Shown: positions 21,069-29,729, counted from the stretch's first letter. The stretch: 64,000 nucleotides of DNA from an uncultured Isosphaeraceae bacterium (GCA_964395845.1 CAYNCG010000015.1:356-64355), one strand, 5' to 3'. Translations and numbers: made by a program. The notes: generated by a model not told the origin, from the sequence alone.

Positions 21069-21245
21069 CGTGCGCGGCTCGTTGTACACGACCGGGCGGC
21101 CGCGCTCCGCCGCCGAGTCGCGCCGCTCTGCGACCGCTTGCCGCGCGGGCGTGCGGCAGCCGCCGCACACCGCGGGGAGGACGAGTCGATTGTCCCACAC
21201 GCCGCAGCAGGGACGGGCTGCATTTCGTTTCGTTTCCACGGGCAG

Positions 21246-21602
21246 TCACCCAAAGAAGCAGCAGAGCTGGTCATCAGCAACAACCATCAGCGCCTCGAGC
21301 AGACCGCTGTGGAGCGGCGCCGGCTCGTAGAGATACCACTTGAGATCGCCGCGCATCCAGTACAGATTCCACTGGTCCTGCGTGCGAACATACCGGATCC
21401 TCGCGATTGGATGCTGGCGAAGGATCGTCTTTTCCTTCCAGTGCGGCCGGATCTCAAAGAGCTCGACTGTGTGACCGTCGGTCGTGAACCCGAAGTCGAG
21501 CTGACTGCGGATGTGCTCCGGCGGCCGACGCTTCGAGAAAAACCAATCCATCGCCGTCTGATTGACTGCCAGCTCGTGCTCGGTGAAGGCCATGGCGTTC
21601 AT
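21246..21602 (-). CDS. DUF3024 family protein
   Basis: 118 aa with the typical pattern RRPPEHIRSQLD...VELFEIRPHW...WNLYWMRGDLKWYLYEP...CFFG. It overlaps the upstream ORF by ATGA (translational coupling). Confidence 0.7.
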   Translation of the reverse strand: MNAMAFTEHELAVNQTAMDWFFSKRRPPEHIRSQLDFGFTTDGHTVELFEIRPHWKEKTILRQHPIARIRYVRTQDQWNLYWMRGDLKWYLYEPAPLHSGLLEALMVVADDQLCCFFG

Positions 21603-22036
21603 CGTATCGACGGCGATGGAAAGTGCCGCGCAGCGTTTGGCTGCGACACGAGAGAGAGGTCGAAGCCGACCGACATGTCGAACGTGACGGTGTGCCGCCC
21701 TCCGCTCGCGCCCGTCGCTGGCTCTACCTCAATGTCGAAGATGACGTTCTGGGTTCCGAATTCTCGGAGGTTCACATCTGCGACGTCGTTGAAGCGGAGC
21801 CCCACGAGTGGGCAGGAAAGTGCGGACAAGGGGTCGGAGGGCGTCCCCGGATAGGACCAAGGAATCTGACCTTCAAGCGTCAGTGTCACATGTCGTCCAG
21901 GCAGACACTCAGCGGTGACGGCAACGATCTCCGCGTCATGAAGGGAGGGCCACTCGCCGTAGCGAAGGCGAATCGCATCGGCATTGTCGGTGATCGCTTC
22001 CAATGGGTGTCGCATCGGATCTGCCTGAGTTGTCAT
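21599..22036 (-). CDS. Imm50-like immunity protein (polymorphic-toxin immunity family)
   Basis: The YGEWPSLHDAEIVAV motif and the later LRFNDVADVNLREFGTQNVIFDIEVE segment resemble Immunity protein 50. Confidence 0.55.
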   Translation of the reverse strand: MTTQADPMRHPLEAITDNADAIRLRYGEWPSLHDAEIVAVTAECLPGRHVTLTLEGQIPWSYPGTPSDPLSALSCPLVGLRFNDVADVNLREFGTQNVIFDIEVEPATGASGGRHTVTFDMSVGFDLSLVSQPNAARHFPSPSIR

Positions 22037-22184
22037 GAGCGAAAGAGCACCCCATGTCGTGACGAAGAGGAACGGGGGTGTGGGCTCGTCGCGATCGGGA
22101 TATGGGGTGGGGTATGGGTCTTTGCAGGCCGGTCACGACTTGCGGCGCAGGGGCCCCTGTGCGCGGAACGCCCGAGGACTCCTG

Positions 22185-22418
22185 CTACTGCGCGGCGAAA
22201 TGGTGGCCGGCATACTGCTCAAGGAATCCGCAGGACGAGCAGCGAAACACTCCGATCGGAATAGTGTGCGAGGTGGAAGACCTCGTACCAATCCAGAATG
22301 ACTTCTGGGGAACACCAGGAACCCAGTGCGAAATCAGTCGACCGCCGTGGGAGTGGTCAAGAACGAATCCCTGCTCCATCTGACCGTTGCACTTGGGGCA
22401 TGTGAGCTGCGTAGACAT
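22185..22418 (-). CDS. Small zinc-ribbon protein
   Basis: 77 aa with CPKCNG ... CSSCG pairs at both ends. Coding-like composition within the island. Confidence 0.6.
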   Translation of the reverse strand: MSTQLTCPKCNGQMEQGFVLDHSHGGRLISHWVPGVPQKSFWIGTRSSTSHTIPIGVFRCSSCGFLEQYAGHHFAAQ

Positions 22419-22460
22419 CGATGCGGATCCTCCTCGAACCGGCCTGGTGGTCGGAGATGC

Positions 22461-22563
22461 GTGTCACGGCTCGAACTGTGCCGCACGCACCCGCGGCCGA
22501 GGCCGTGGGCCGCTCGCCAATGGTAACGCCGAAGATGCGGTCGGCATGAACGATGCGTTCGAC
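22461..22563 (-). repeat. attC-like imperfect palindrome, family copy I
   Basis: About 103 bp, alignable to the copies at 25536, 28013, 28533 and 29622 (shared core TGCCGCACGCAC..GCGGCCGAGGCCGT.GGCC...GTCGGCATGA.CGATGCGTT). On the coding strand the ends are GTCGAAC ... GTGACAC. It lies between the stop of ORF 22579..22968 and the start of ORF 22185..22418. Confidence 0.55.
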
Positions 22564-22578
22564 CGGGCCGGTCGAACG

Positions 22579-22968
22579 CTACTGCGCGCTGGACTCGGGG
22601 ATCCGAAGGCGAGGCAACCAGAAGGCCCCAGCCAGGATGACCACGAATCCGAGCCACTCCCAGATCGTGGCAAGCCTTTCTGGGAGTGTGACATAAGCAA
22701 TTCCCTTGATGATGAGTCCGATGCCAAGAGCGATCGCAACGACGATGGTGACGAACACGGCATGGCGAACTGGAATGGCTGATGGCGACCGCTGCAGGAG
22801 CAGGCAGGTCAAGCCGACGATCAGGATTGCCATCGCAAGCGCAGTGCAGAACCACGGGACGGTGGAGTTGCCCAAGCGGCTCCAGAGCGAGAAATGGCCG
22901 ATCGATGTCGCCGCGAGGACGAGCACAAGCGAGATCAAAAAGAACCCGGCGATCTGGCGCGGCGTCAT
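22579..22968 (-). CDS. Small integral membrane protein (about 4 TM)
   Basis: 129 aa and strongly hydrophobic. The ATG at 22968 is preceded by AAGGAG. Confidence 0.6.
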   Translation of the reverse strand: MTPRQIAGFFLISLVLVLAATSIGHFSLWSRLGNSTVPWFCTALAMAILIVGLTCLLLQRSPSAIPVRHAVFVTIVVAIALGIGLIIKGIAYVTLPERLATIWEWLGFVVILAGAFWLPRLRIPESSAQ

Positions 22969-23208
22969 CGATATCTCCTTGGCGGCAGAACCTGTCACGA
23001 TAGAAGCCCCCGCCTCGATAAGTGTAACGACGGCGTTGGCTGGTCGCAATCACGGTTCGGGCGCTGGCAGGTTGGTCACCGCCTACTGCATATGTGTTGT
23101 TGCGGGCTTACCGGCGGCTTCGGCAAATGGTTCCTACAGGCCGAACGCCGCCCGCGGCCTACTCGCTTCTGCACGAAGGGTCCGGGGCTTCCGGTCTGTA
23201 GGAATCCC

Positions 23209-23700
23209 TCAGTATCGCGCACGCAGGACCGGGGGTCCTCCTCGTGTGCGGCGTCGGATCTTCCAGCCCGGCGGCGTGCTCCTCCGCGCATCGGGCGGTA
23301 CACCCATCAATGATGCCGCCAGGCGTGTCGGCATCACCGCCGGTTGAGGCACGGGGGCAGGTGCTGGATCCGCCGAGCTTCTCTCCGGACGGCTGCGTTC
23401 CTTCATCGTCATGACCTCAGCGAGGATGCGAATGAGTACATCATCGCCTCGATCGGCCGCGCAGTGTTCAAATGTCGTTGTGCTTGATCGGGTGGCGGTA
23501 AGCCACGCGTTGACGCAGTCGCCCACTTCGTGCACGCAGCCCACGATGCGATTGTCGACGACTCCGACGCGCGGGGAGCTTTCCTGCGCCACGCAGTGGC
23601 GGAGGTCGGAGTGAGCGATTCGACGGTTCCGAAGGATCCGATCGCACGGGCGCTGGAATGAGATCGGCGACGGGCGATTCGATCGGAAGACGGAGAACAA
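23209..23700 (-). CDS. Hypothetical protein (weakly supported)
   Basis: This is the only sizeable same-strand ORF between the CPBP gene and the TM gene. No recognisable domain. Its composition is partly non-coding-like. Confidence 0.25.
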   Translation of the reverse strand: MFSVFRSNRPSPISFQRPCDRILRNRRIAHSDLRHCVAQESSPRVGVVDNRIVGCVHEVGDCVNAWLTATRSSTTTFEHCAADRGDDVLIRILAEVMTMKERSRPERSSADPAPAPVPQPAVMPTRLAASLMGVPPDARRSTPPGWKIRRRTRGGPPVLRARY

Positions 23701-23715
23701 GGCTCTACCGACCGT

Positions 23716-24627
23716 TCATGATGGCTCGGTCGAGCAGGCCGCCGGCACGACGAAGGCCCCGCGTCGCCGTGCCGCGCGCAGCAGCAACACAACCGCGACC
23801 GTGGTCGATGCCATCACCAGCCACGAACTCTCTGGACCGAACATCCCGCCAGTCAGCCAGTCGGGCCCGGCGAGGCGGCTCTCGAGCGGCGCCACGCTGC
23901 GCCACTCCTCGATACCGGAAAGCGGCAGGCCGCTCAGCAGAATGGTGAAGTTCCATGCCGCGTGATTGGCGGCCACCACCCACAGGTTCCGCGCCAGGAC
24001 GAAGACCGCGGCCCAGAGCATCCCCACCAGCGTCACTGACATCAGCATGGTCACCACATCGCTGATCCCACCCTCCTCGACATTCTCCAAGTGCGCGACG
24101 GCGAACACCACCGCCTGTATCACCAACGCCCAGATCGTTCCCCACGCCCGTTCCACCAGCCGGAACAGCAGGCAGCGGTAGACCAGTTCCTCCAAAAGCG
24201 ATGCGATGCCGATCAGGGCCGCTACGCCGAAGAGCGCCGGCGAGAAGCCTCGAAACAGCACCCGTTCATAGGCACCGAGAACGAAGAGCGCAGCCATCGG
24301 GAGCGCCACCAAGACAGCACCGCTTGCGCCGCCGAGCATCAGGGGAATCGGCCGCAGATGCAGCTCGGTCGCTTCGCGTCTTTCGTACCAGTGCACGAAT
24401 GCCCAGTAGCCCCCCACCGCCGTCAGAAGGATGCCAACGCGCCGCACGACGCTGAGAGCGTCCGGCCCGGGATGGAACACCGCTTCGATCAGCGGTAGCA
24501 GACCTTGGCGAAGGATCAGAATCGAGCCAAGAACCGCTACGCCACCCAGCAGCAGCGATCCGAGCATCCGCCCGGCGACACGCAGTTGCCGTCGCGCGGT
24601 GCTTCCAGTTGAGATCGGTGCGGTCAT
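23716..24627 (-). CDS. CPBP family intramembrane glutamic endopeptidase (CAAX protease-like)
   Basis: Multi-TM protein with EELVYRCLLF (EExxxR) and FAVAHL (FxxxH) motifs. Confidence 0.8.
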   Translation of the reverse strand: MTAPISTGSTARRQLRVAGRMLGSLLLGGVAVLGSILILRQGLLPLIEAVFHPGPDALSVVRRVGILLTAVGGYWAFVHWYERREATELHLRPIPLMLGGASGAVLVALPMAALFVLGAYERVLFRGFSPALFGVAALIGIASLLEELVYRCLLFRLVERAWGTIWALVIQAVVFAVAHLENVEEGGISDVVTMLMSVTLVGMLWAAVFVLARNLWVVAANHAAWNFTILLSGLPLSGIEEWRSVAPLESRLAGPDWLTGGMFGPESSWLVMASTTVAVVLLLRAARRRGAFVVPAACSTEPS

Positions 24628-24979
24628 GGGGGTGGAGCAAAAGGTCAGGCTGCACCGTCAAGCGCACCGGTGGTGTGATTGGGACGGGAGGCCAGCACCT
24701 TGCGGAGAAACGGCGCATGTGCCCGGATGTCGACAACTTTGTTGCCCACGAGCTCCATGGCAAGGCTCCGCTCAAGATCCGAGTCCGCCTCGCGACACTG
24801 AGCGCCGCCGATCGGCTGGTCTCGGCAACAGCACGGCCTAGAGGTACACCCGCAGGGCTCGACTGCGCGTGACTCCGCTGGCGCTCTCGTCCTCAGTGCT
24901 GGAGACTAGCCGGCGGCGGCGAGGGCGGGATAGCCCATCAGGCTTCGCCGCAGCCCGAATGGAGTGTCTGAGCGGCCTG

Positions 24980-25143
24980 CTAGTGTGGTGTTTCAGAAAT
25001 TCGCGAACAGTGCGGCGCGGCATGTTTGCGTCTGGCAAGCAGCCGCGACGAGGCGTATGGAGTCATACGGCGAGGAGCGGCGACGCCGCCAGACGCGAAC
25101 AGGGCCGCCGCAATGGAAGCGAATTTCTGAAACACCACACTAG
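24980..25143. repeat. 164-bp hairpin element with perfect 25-bp terminal inverted repeats
   Basis: CTAGTGTGGTGTTTCAGAAATTCGC at 24980-25004 is the exact reverse complement of 25119-25143. The interior is itself an imperfect palindrome centred near 25060 (CGTATGGAGTCATACG). The right arm contains the stop codon of ORF 25140..25529. Confidence 0.85.
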
Positions 25144-25529
25144 GTCGCCCAAACAGCGAACATCACAGCCGCCACGGCAAACGCGAGAGCGACGACAGTC
25201 CGCCGGCGCAGGTCGGCGGCCATGGCAGTTGCTGCGAACACGACCCCAATGAGTGCCGCGGCTGGAAGGCCGTAGCGGAGAGCACCCGCCGAGAGGGAGC
25301 TCGGAGGGGGAGGCCGGAGCCATGCGACAGTCGAGACGGCCGCAGTCACGGCGGAGTAGGCGAGTGAGCCGAGCCAGTAGGTGACCGCGAGTCGTCGAAG
25401 CGTGAGTCGTGAAGCGGTCTGCCGGCGAGTTGAACCGCACTCAGCGCACGGCGAGTTCGACGGTTGGGTCCGGCGATCGAAACCGCAGTCAGGACAGACC
25501 TTCGAAAGGAGTTCAGACGGCTCCTGCAT
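25140..25529 (-). CDS. Zinc-ribbon membrane protein
   Basis: 129 aa with CPDCG ... CAECG followed by three hydrophobic segments. Confidence 0.55.
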   Translation of the reverse strand: MQEPSELLSKVCPDCGFDRRTQPSNSPCAECGSTRRQTASRLTLRRLAVTYWLGSLAYSAVTAAVSTVAWLRPPPPSSLSAGALRYGLPAAALIGVVFAATAMAADLRRRTVVALAFAVAAVMFAVWAT

Positions 25530-25535
25530 GAATCT

Positions 25536-25637
25536 GCCTGACGACCTGAGCTATGCCGCACACATACGGCCGAGGATAAAAACCCCATACTTGAGTGTAC
25601 TCCGCGCGTGCGTCTCGGCATGAGCGATTCGTTCGTC
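25536..25637 (-). repeat. attC-like imperfect palindrome, family copy A
   Basis: 102 bp member of the ~103 bp family. On the coding strand the ends are GACGAAC ... GTCAGGC. It ends 6 nt before the next ATG. Confidence 0.6.
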
Positions 25638-25765
25638 CGCGAAGTGTCGAGGCACAGTTACTCGAACATAGGTGGTCGCCCTCGTTCGAGCGAAAGGCCG
25701 AAGATGTCCACCAGACGAGCGGATCAGGATTGTCGCCGTTCTCTGTGGAGATGCGATGGGAACGA

Positions 25766-26023
25766 TTACCTGCCAGCCGGACTCTGGGGCGCAGAGTCCG
25801 GGCTCCGTCCAGTGAGTCGTTCCCGCGCGTGCTGTAACGCCGCAACGGCGTCATCCAGCGCGAACTCCCACGGCGTTCCGTCCTCGCGCGGGTAGAGCTC
25901 CAATGTGAGGCTACCCGCCTCTTGGTGGATCTCAGCCCACTGCTCCTGATCACACGAGATCATCGCCACGAGTCGCTCGCGGTCTGGCGGACTGGCAAGG
26001 ATCACGGTCATCTTCGTGGGCAT
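25766..26023 (-). CDS. Hypothetical small protein
   Basis: 85 aa, acidic, with coding-like composition. It is bracketed by attC-like elements. Confidence 0.5.
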   Translation of the reverse strand: MPTKMTVILASPPDRERLVAMISCDQEQWAEIHQEAGSLTLELYPREDGTPWEFALDDAVAALQHARERLTGRSPDSAPQSPAGR

Positions 26024-26034
26024 GTGATCGAACA

Positions 26035-26094
26035 GCCGAACGACCTCGCGCTGAGCAGCGGCCGAAGGCCGCCTATTCCAGCTCGCAGTTCGGT
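26035..26094 (-). repeat. attC-like imperfect palindrome (short, 60 bp)
   Basis: On the coding strand it reads ACCGAAC-N46-GTTCGGC with a central GCGGCCTTCGGCCGC hairpin. It lies between the stop of ORF 26114..26806 and the start of ORF 25766..26023. Confidence 0.45.
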
Positions 26095-26113
26095 AGTCTA
26101 CCGGTACAACCGC

Positions 26114-26806
26114 TCATGAGGCAGTCCCATTTCGCCATCCGGCGCCTGCGAGCGAAGGAGCCGGTAGGCCAGCGGCTTGCGGATACCAAGTGACGTTACT
26201 CCACGACGAGGGATCCGCCCGAAGGGCCTCAAGGCAGCGCTCGGCCAACCCCTCAGGTGAGAGGGTCTCCGATTGGAGGTGAACGAGCACCTGGTACGGC
26301 CCCGGGGAAAGCACCATCGCAATGGTCATGCTGCCCGGGCCGATGCGACCCGAGGACCAAAGGTACTCGAACCCTCGACTGGCGAGGGCTGCGCGATCGA
26401 TGCCGGACGAAATCAGGCGAGCGGCTGTTCGATCGGGAGTTTCCCATGAAAAGTCACCGAGCGCTCGGCCGATCTCGCGTTCGTATTGCTCCGCCAAAAA
26501 GCGGACTGTCGTCATTCCAGTTGGAGCGCGCCAGATAACGACATCGTGGTTCCGCTCGATCACGACCTCAACGCTTCCGCATCCCGTCACGCCGCAACCG
26601 CAACGTCCGATGGTCGCCGTGTGGGGACCATCTCGTGGCAGAAGGGGACAAGATGAAGTCAGCAAATCCTCGGGGTCCAGGCCCATCATCGTGTTGTCGA
26701 AACGCGAGATGATGTCGTCATCGCCATCGAGGAGACGCACCTCGTGATCGTTCGTCTCTGGGGAGGGCACAACGGCGATTCGGAGCGTCGACACAGGGTC
26801 TGCCAT
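26114..26806 (-). CDS. Hypothetical protein
   Basis: 230 aa with coding-like composition and a Cys cluster (GRCGCGVTGCG). No domain recognised. Confidence 0.6.
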   Translation of the reverse strand: MADPVSTLRIAVVPSPETNDHEVRLLDGDDDIISRFDNTMMGLDPEDLLTSSCPLLPRDGPHTATIGRCGCGVTGCGSVEVVIERNHDVVIWRAPTGMTTVRFLAEQYEREIGRALGDFSWETPDRTAARLISSGIDRAALASRGFEYLWSSGRIGPGSMTIAMVLSPGPYQVLVHLQSETLSPEGLAERCLEALRADPSSWSNVTWYPQAAGLPAPSLAGAGWRNGTAS

Positions 26807-26828
26807 CAGTAAGCGCCTCTCTGGATCT

Positions 26829-26957
26829 GCCTATCGTTCGAGCGAAGCTGCCGGCGAAGGCTGGCGGTGTACGCCTGGTTCGCGATGATCGACCAAGCGC
26901 CGCGGACCAGTCTTCCAGCGCCTGCCGGAGCAGGTCAGCTTGATCGAGGAGTTCGGC
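26829..26957 (-). repeat. attC-like imperfect palindrome (129 bp, divergent)
   Basis: On the coding strand it reads GCCGAAC ... GATAGGC. It has internal inverted arms (CTGCTCCGGCAGGCGCTGG / CCAGCCTTCGCCGGCAG). The 3' end AGGCAGAT matches copy A. Confidence 0.35.
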
Positions 26958-26965
26958 CGCATTGC

Positions 26966-27448
26966 TCAACCGTCTCGTTTGGATGCAAAGGCGTGGAGCG
27001 CCGCCAAAGCCCCGACGGCGTGCTTGCCCCAGTGCATGCGATGCGTCAACGACCATCTCCAGATGGCTTCGTCGATGCGACCTTCGTCCGCAAGCAAGCA
27101 GCCAGTCTTGATGTCCTTGTATGTATCCAGCAGGTCGTCCCCAATGTCCCCCATGACCGGCTCTTCAGCGAGACTGGGTGATGGATCGAACACACTCCTG
27201 TAGAACCAACCGTTGAACGCAGCGAGGTTGCGCGTTGCCAACTGAAGCTGTAGTGCCGGAACCTCTGCTATCTCGTCTCCATCGTCGCCGTCGATCGCCG
27301 GTAGCTCCATCACCGCTGCATGCAGCTTGGATAGCCACACTGCGGCCTGTCTCTCCTTGTCCTGACCAAGTGAATCGCCCTCGCACCATGCGCAGAAGCC
27401 CTGTGCGAGTTTGGTGAAGGCGTGGATAGCCATTGCCGGTTGGTTCAT
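26966..27448 (-). CDS. DUF5063-like protein
   Basis: 160 aa. The pattern YRSVFDP...EPVMGDIGDDLLDTYKDIKTG...WRWS...HWGKHAVGALAALH resembles DUF5063. The start was set at the internal ATG (MNQPAMA). Confidence 0.6.
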   Translation of the reverse strand: MNQPAMAIHAFTKLAQGFCAWCEGDSLGQDKERQAAVWLSKLHAAVMELPAIDGDDGDEIAEVPALQLQLATRNLAAFNGWFYRSVFDPSPSLAEEPVMGDIGDDLLDTYKDIKTGCLLADEGRIDEAIWRWSLTHRMHWGKHAVGALAALHAFASKRDG

Positions 27449-27451
27449 TCG

Positions 27452-27553
27452 GCCAAACGCGGAGTGGACCGGGCGACGACGGCGTAGCGCCCGGCCCGCG
27501 CGGCGGATGACAGACAGCGAGCGCTGCGCGGGCCAGGTGCCATGCCGTTGGCG
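27452..27553 (-). repeat. attC-like imperfect palindrome (102 bp, divergent)
   Basis: On the coding strand it reads CGCCAAC ... GTTTGGC, with internal GGCCCGCGC / GCGCGGGCC arms. It ends 3 nt before the ATG of the DUF5063-like ORF. Confidence 0.4.
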
Positions 27554-27581
27554 CTCGGGTTGAACGACAGGTGAGGCGGCA

Positions 27582-27941
27582 CTACTCGGCGTCCCACTGG
27601 CGAAACACAACGCAGACAGAGGTGGAGTCCAGTAGGGCGAACTCCTTCGCCCCCCAAGGCTTCATTTGGACCGTGCTGGAGTTCGGATGAAGCAGATCCG
27701 GGGCTCTGCTTCGGACTTCCTCGTACGCACCGTCGATGTCATCTGTCTCGATTGCGAGTTCGGGCCGATCCAGTGCCGCCAACCCGGCGTTCTGCATGAG
27801 GTAGACCTTGACGTTGTCGCGCCCAAGGACCGAGATCGTGGGGTCCTGATGAAGCAAGGTAAACCCGAGGCCGCGAACGAAGAGATCCAGTCCGATCTGG
27901 ATGTCCGCGTAGAAGACCTTTGGAATCAGCGACAGGTACAT
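27582..27941 (-). CDS. VOC family (glyoxalase/bleomycin-resistance-like) protein
   Basis: 119 aa whose size and pattern (FYADIQIGLDLFV..LGF...VYL...IETDDIDGAYEEV...WGAKEFALLD) are typical of small VOC proteins. The start was set at the internal ATG downstream of the repeat. Confidence 0.7.
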   Translation of the reverse strand: MYLSLIPKVFYADIQIGLDLFVRGLGFTLLHQDPTISVLGRDNVKVYLMQNAGLAALDRPELAIETDDIDGAYEEVRSRAPDLLHPNSSTVQMKPWGAKEFALLDSTSVCVVFRQWDAE

Positions 27942-28012
27942 GTGAGCCGTCCTTCCCGAGCCGTCCGTGAACTGCGTCGATTGATTGGCCGTGGCTCGCG
28001 CGGGTGGGTGCC

Positions 28013-28115
28013 GCCTCACGACCGTGAGCGATGCCGCACGCTCATGCGGCCGAGTCCGTAGGCCTCGCACAAGAGTCTAACGCACGCGTGTGTCGGCACA
28101 AGTGATTCGTTCGGC
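28013..28115 (-). repeat. attC-like imperfect palindrome, family copy B
   Basis: 103 bp family member. On the coding strand the ends are GCCGAAC ... GTGAGGC. Confidence 0.6.
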
Positions 28116-28131
28116 GGGCTCGCACCTTGGC

Positions 28132-28431
28132 TCAATCCGAGAGGAGGGCGTCGAGCAAGATGCGGCCGACTGTGGGTAGCAGGATTCCGGCGGCGACGAT
28201 GAACCACCAGATACCGCCCGAACCTATTCGAACGAGCAGCCAGAACCAGCCAAAGCAGTAGGCGAACGAGATCGCCGTTCCGACCAGGACTGCCAAAAGG
28301 GGGTTGCCGGCGAAGAGTGTGAGCAGCCCCGTGACTCCGGTGAAGATGCCGGCGCAGACTGCGGGGCGCTCGGTCTCGACCAGCAGCTTGAGGCATCCGA
28401 CGAGGAGCGCGAGTTGAATTGCGATGAGCAT
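28132..28431 (-). CDS. Small integral membrane protein (3 TM)
   Basis: 99 aa and hydrophobic throughout. The start was set at the ATG downstream of repeat copy C. Confidence 0.55.
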   Translation of the reverse strand: MLIAIQLALLVGCLKLLVETERPAVCAGIFTGVTGLLTLFAGNPLLAVLVGTAISFAYCFGWFWLLVRIGSGGIWWFIVAAGILLPTVGRILLDALLSD

Positions 28432-28532
28432 AGGAGTGTCGGAGCTAGGTCGACGGGTCTTCCGTGCGTGAGCGATGTGACTGTCCGCATCGTCGCCGAA
28501 GCAGCGGTGGGCTCGGCGCTCGCCACGGCTCC

Positions 28533-28636
28533 GCCAAACGACTTGAGCTATGCCGCACGCACGTGCGGCAGAGGCTAAAGGCCTCGCGAAGAGTGTACAG
28601 CCGCACGTGCGTGTCGGCATGAGCGATGCGCTAGGC
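28533..28636 (-). repeat. attC-like imperfect palindrome, family copy C
   Basis: 104 bp and nearly identical to copy D. On the coding strand the ends are GCCTAGC ... GTTTGGC. The stop codon of the RES gene lies inside the first heptamer. Confidence 0.65.
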
Positions 28637-29605
28637 CGCACCGCAGCGGTAGTACAGAGGATTCTCAGCGAACCGTTCCAGGCTGAGCTCGGGATTTAGC
28701 ACAACCAAGTTGAAGTTGGCTCCAGTTCGCCGGGTGGATGGATAGCGAATGGCGTCGACGGAGCAGGCTCGGGCGCAGTCCGCTACGAATCGGGAGACAA
28801 CGTAGTGTGGACGCTGCCATCCGTTGCTCTCTTGCCTCGCACTAACGAGCGAAGAGTACACGAGGCAGTTGAGCAAGTCGACGTCGCGGACGGACGCCTG
28901 ATGATCCCTGTACGGATTGATGAGATCAAGAACACGGAGCTCTGCGCGGAGTTCAAACCCAACAACTAAGCTTGGCGCGAGGCGAAGTTCTGCATGACAT
29001 GTACTGACGTCGCTTGCAAGGTACAGGACTGGCTGGCCCGCGTGGTTGTAGCGGCCCTCTTGGATCAGATGCGGAGGCGGAAAGTCGAAGGACCGAAGTT
29101 CCTCTTCAATCGACCCATGTGCCAAGCTGCGTCCACGAAAGAGACGCTGCTCGAGCCGCTTGATGGGCAAGCTGGCGGCGAGTCTGCGCACTGCCGAAAG
29201 CACGTTCCTGCAGAAGTCGTGTTCAAGTAGCAGGAAGGGCGTCGTGTTTGCCAGCATTGAGACTTCGCGAAGGGTACGCTCTATGCTCCGCGGCACTCTG
29301 AATGGGAATTCGTACGGCCAGATATTCCCTGCAAGAGGACTGTAACAACGAGGGCAGTAGAGCTGACGGACTAGGAGATCGAAGTCTTCCTTCGAGTACT
29401 CGTCACGCAGGAAGCTGCCTTCATAAAACGTATCCAGATCAATGCTCGTTTTCTGGAAGTGACAGTCATCCGCGCTGTCGGCGTATGGCCATACCGCAAG
29501 AAAGTCGTCGTGACAGGCATCGCAGCATGCGATGTCCGCGGAGAACCACTTTTCAAGATCTCGATAGAACCACTCTTCGAAGGTTCCAACGTCGTAGTTA
29601 GTCAT
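28631..29605 (-). CDS. RES domain-containing protein (toxin-like) with Cys-rich N-terminal domain
   Basis: C-terminal GRYNHAGQPVLYLASD...HAE...DAIRYPSTRR motifs give the R-E-S signature. The N-terminal domain has CCDAC and CPRC pairs. Start at the ATG (MTNYDVG) downstream of repeat copy D. Confidence 0.8.
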   Translation of the reverse strand: MTNYDVGTFEEWFYRDLEKWFSADIACCDACHDDFLAVWPYADSADDCHFQKTSIDLDTFYEGSFLRDEYSKEDFDLLVRQLYCPRCYSPLAGNIWPYEFPFRVPRSIERTLREVSMLANTTPFLLLEHDFCRNVLSAVRRLAASLPIKRLEQRLFRGRSLAHGSIEEELRSFDFPPPHLIQEGRYNHAGQPVLYLASDVSTCHAELRLAPSLVVGFELRAELRVLDLINPYRDHQASVRDVDLLNCLVYSSLVSARQESNGWQRPHYVVSRFVADCARACSVDAIRYPSTRRTGANFNLVVLNPELSLERFAENPLYYRCGAA

Positions 29606-29621
29606 GGCGGATGATTGTGCG

Positions 29622-29725
29622 GCCTGACGACTTGAGCTATGCCGCACGCACGTGCGGCCGAGGCCGTAGGCCTCGCGACCATGGTACAGCCGCACGGGCG
29701 TGTCGGCATGAGCGATGCGTTAGGG
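29622..29725 (-). repeat. attC-like imperfect palindrome, family copy D
   Basis: 104 bp. On the coding strand the ends are CCCTAAC ... GTCAGGC. It begins 4 nt after the stop of ORF 29730..30740 and ends 16 nt before the RES gene ATG. Confidence 0.65.
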
Positions 29726-29729
29726 CCCC

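Noticed and set aside
22037-22184. Further attC-like sites after ORFs 22185..22418, 21246..21602 and 23209..23700
   Set aside because: These intergenic regions contain palindromes (for example GCGCACAGGGGCCCCTGCGC near 22146-22165, GTGCGGCAGCCGCCGCAC near 21151-21168, and TTCCTACAG/CTGTAGGAA at 23131-23203). Some also carry a GTCGT motif. They lack clear AAC...GTT-type termini, so they were not called as features.
23209-23700. Possible tyrosine-recombinase (intI) remnant in the island
   Set aside because: The translation contains H-S-D-L-R-H ... V-H ... W, which superficially recalls box II (HxLRH ... LGH ... Y). However, the catalytic Tyr position is Trp, overall identity is negligible, no N-terminal or box I region exists, and the orientation is the same as the cassettes. 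It is not supportable without a profile search.
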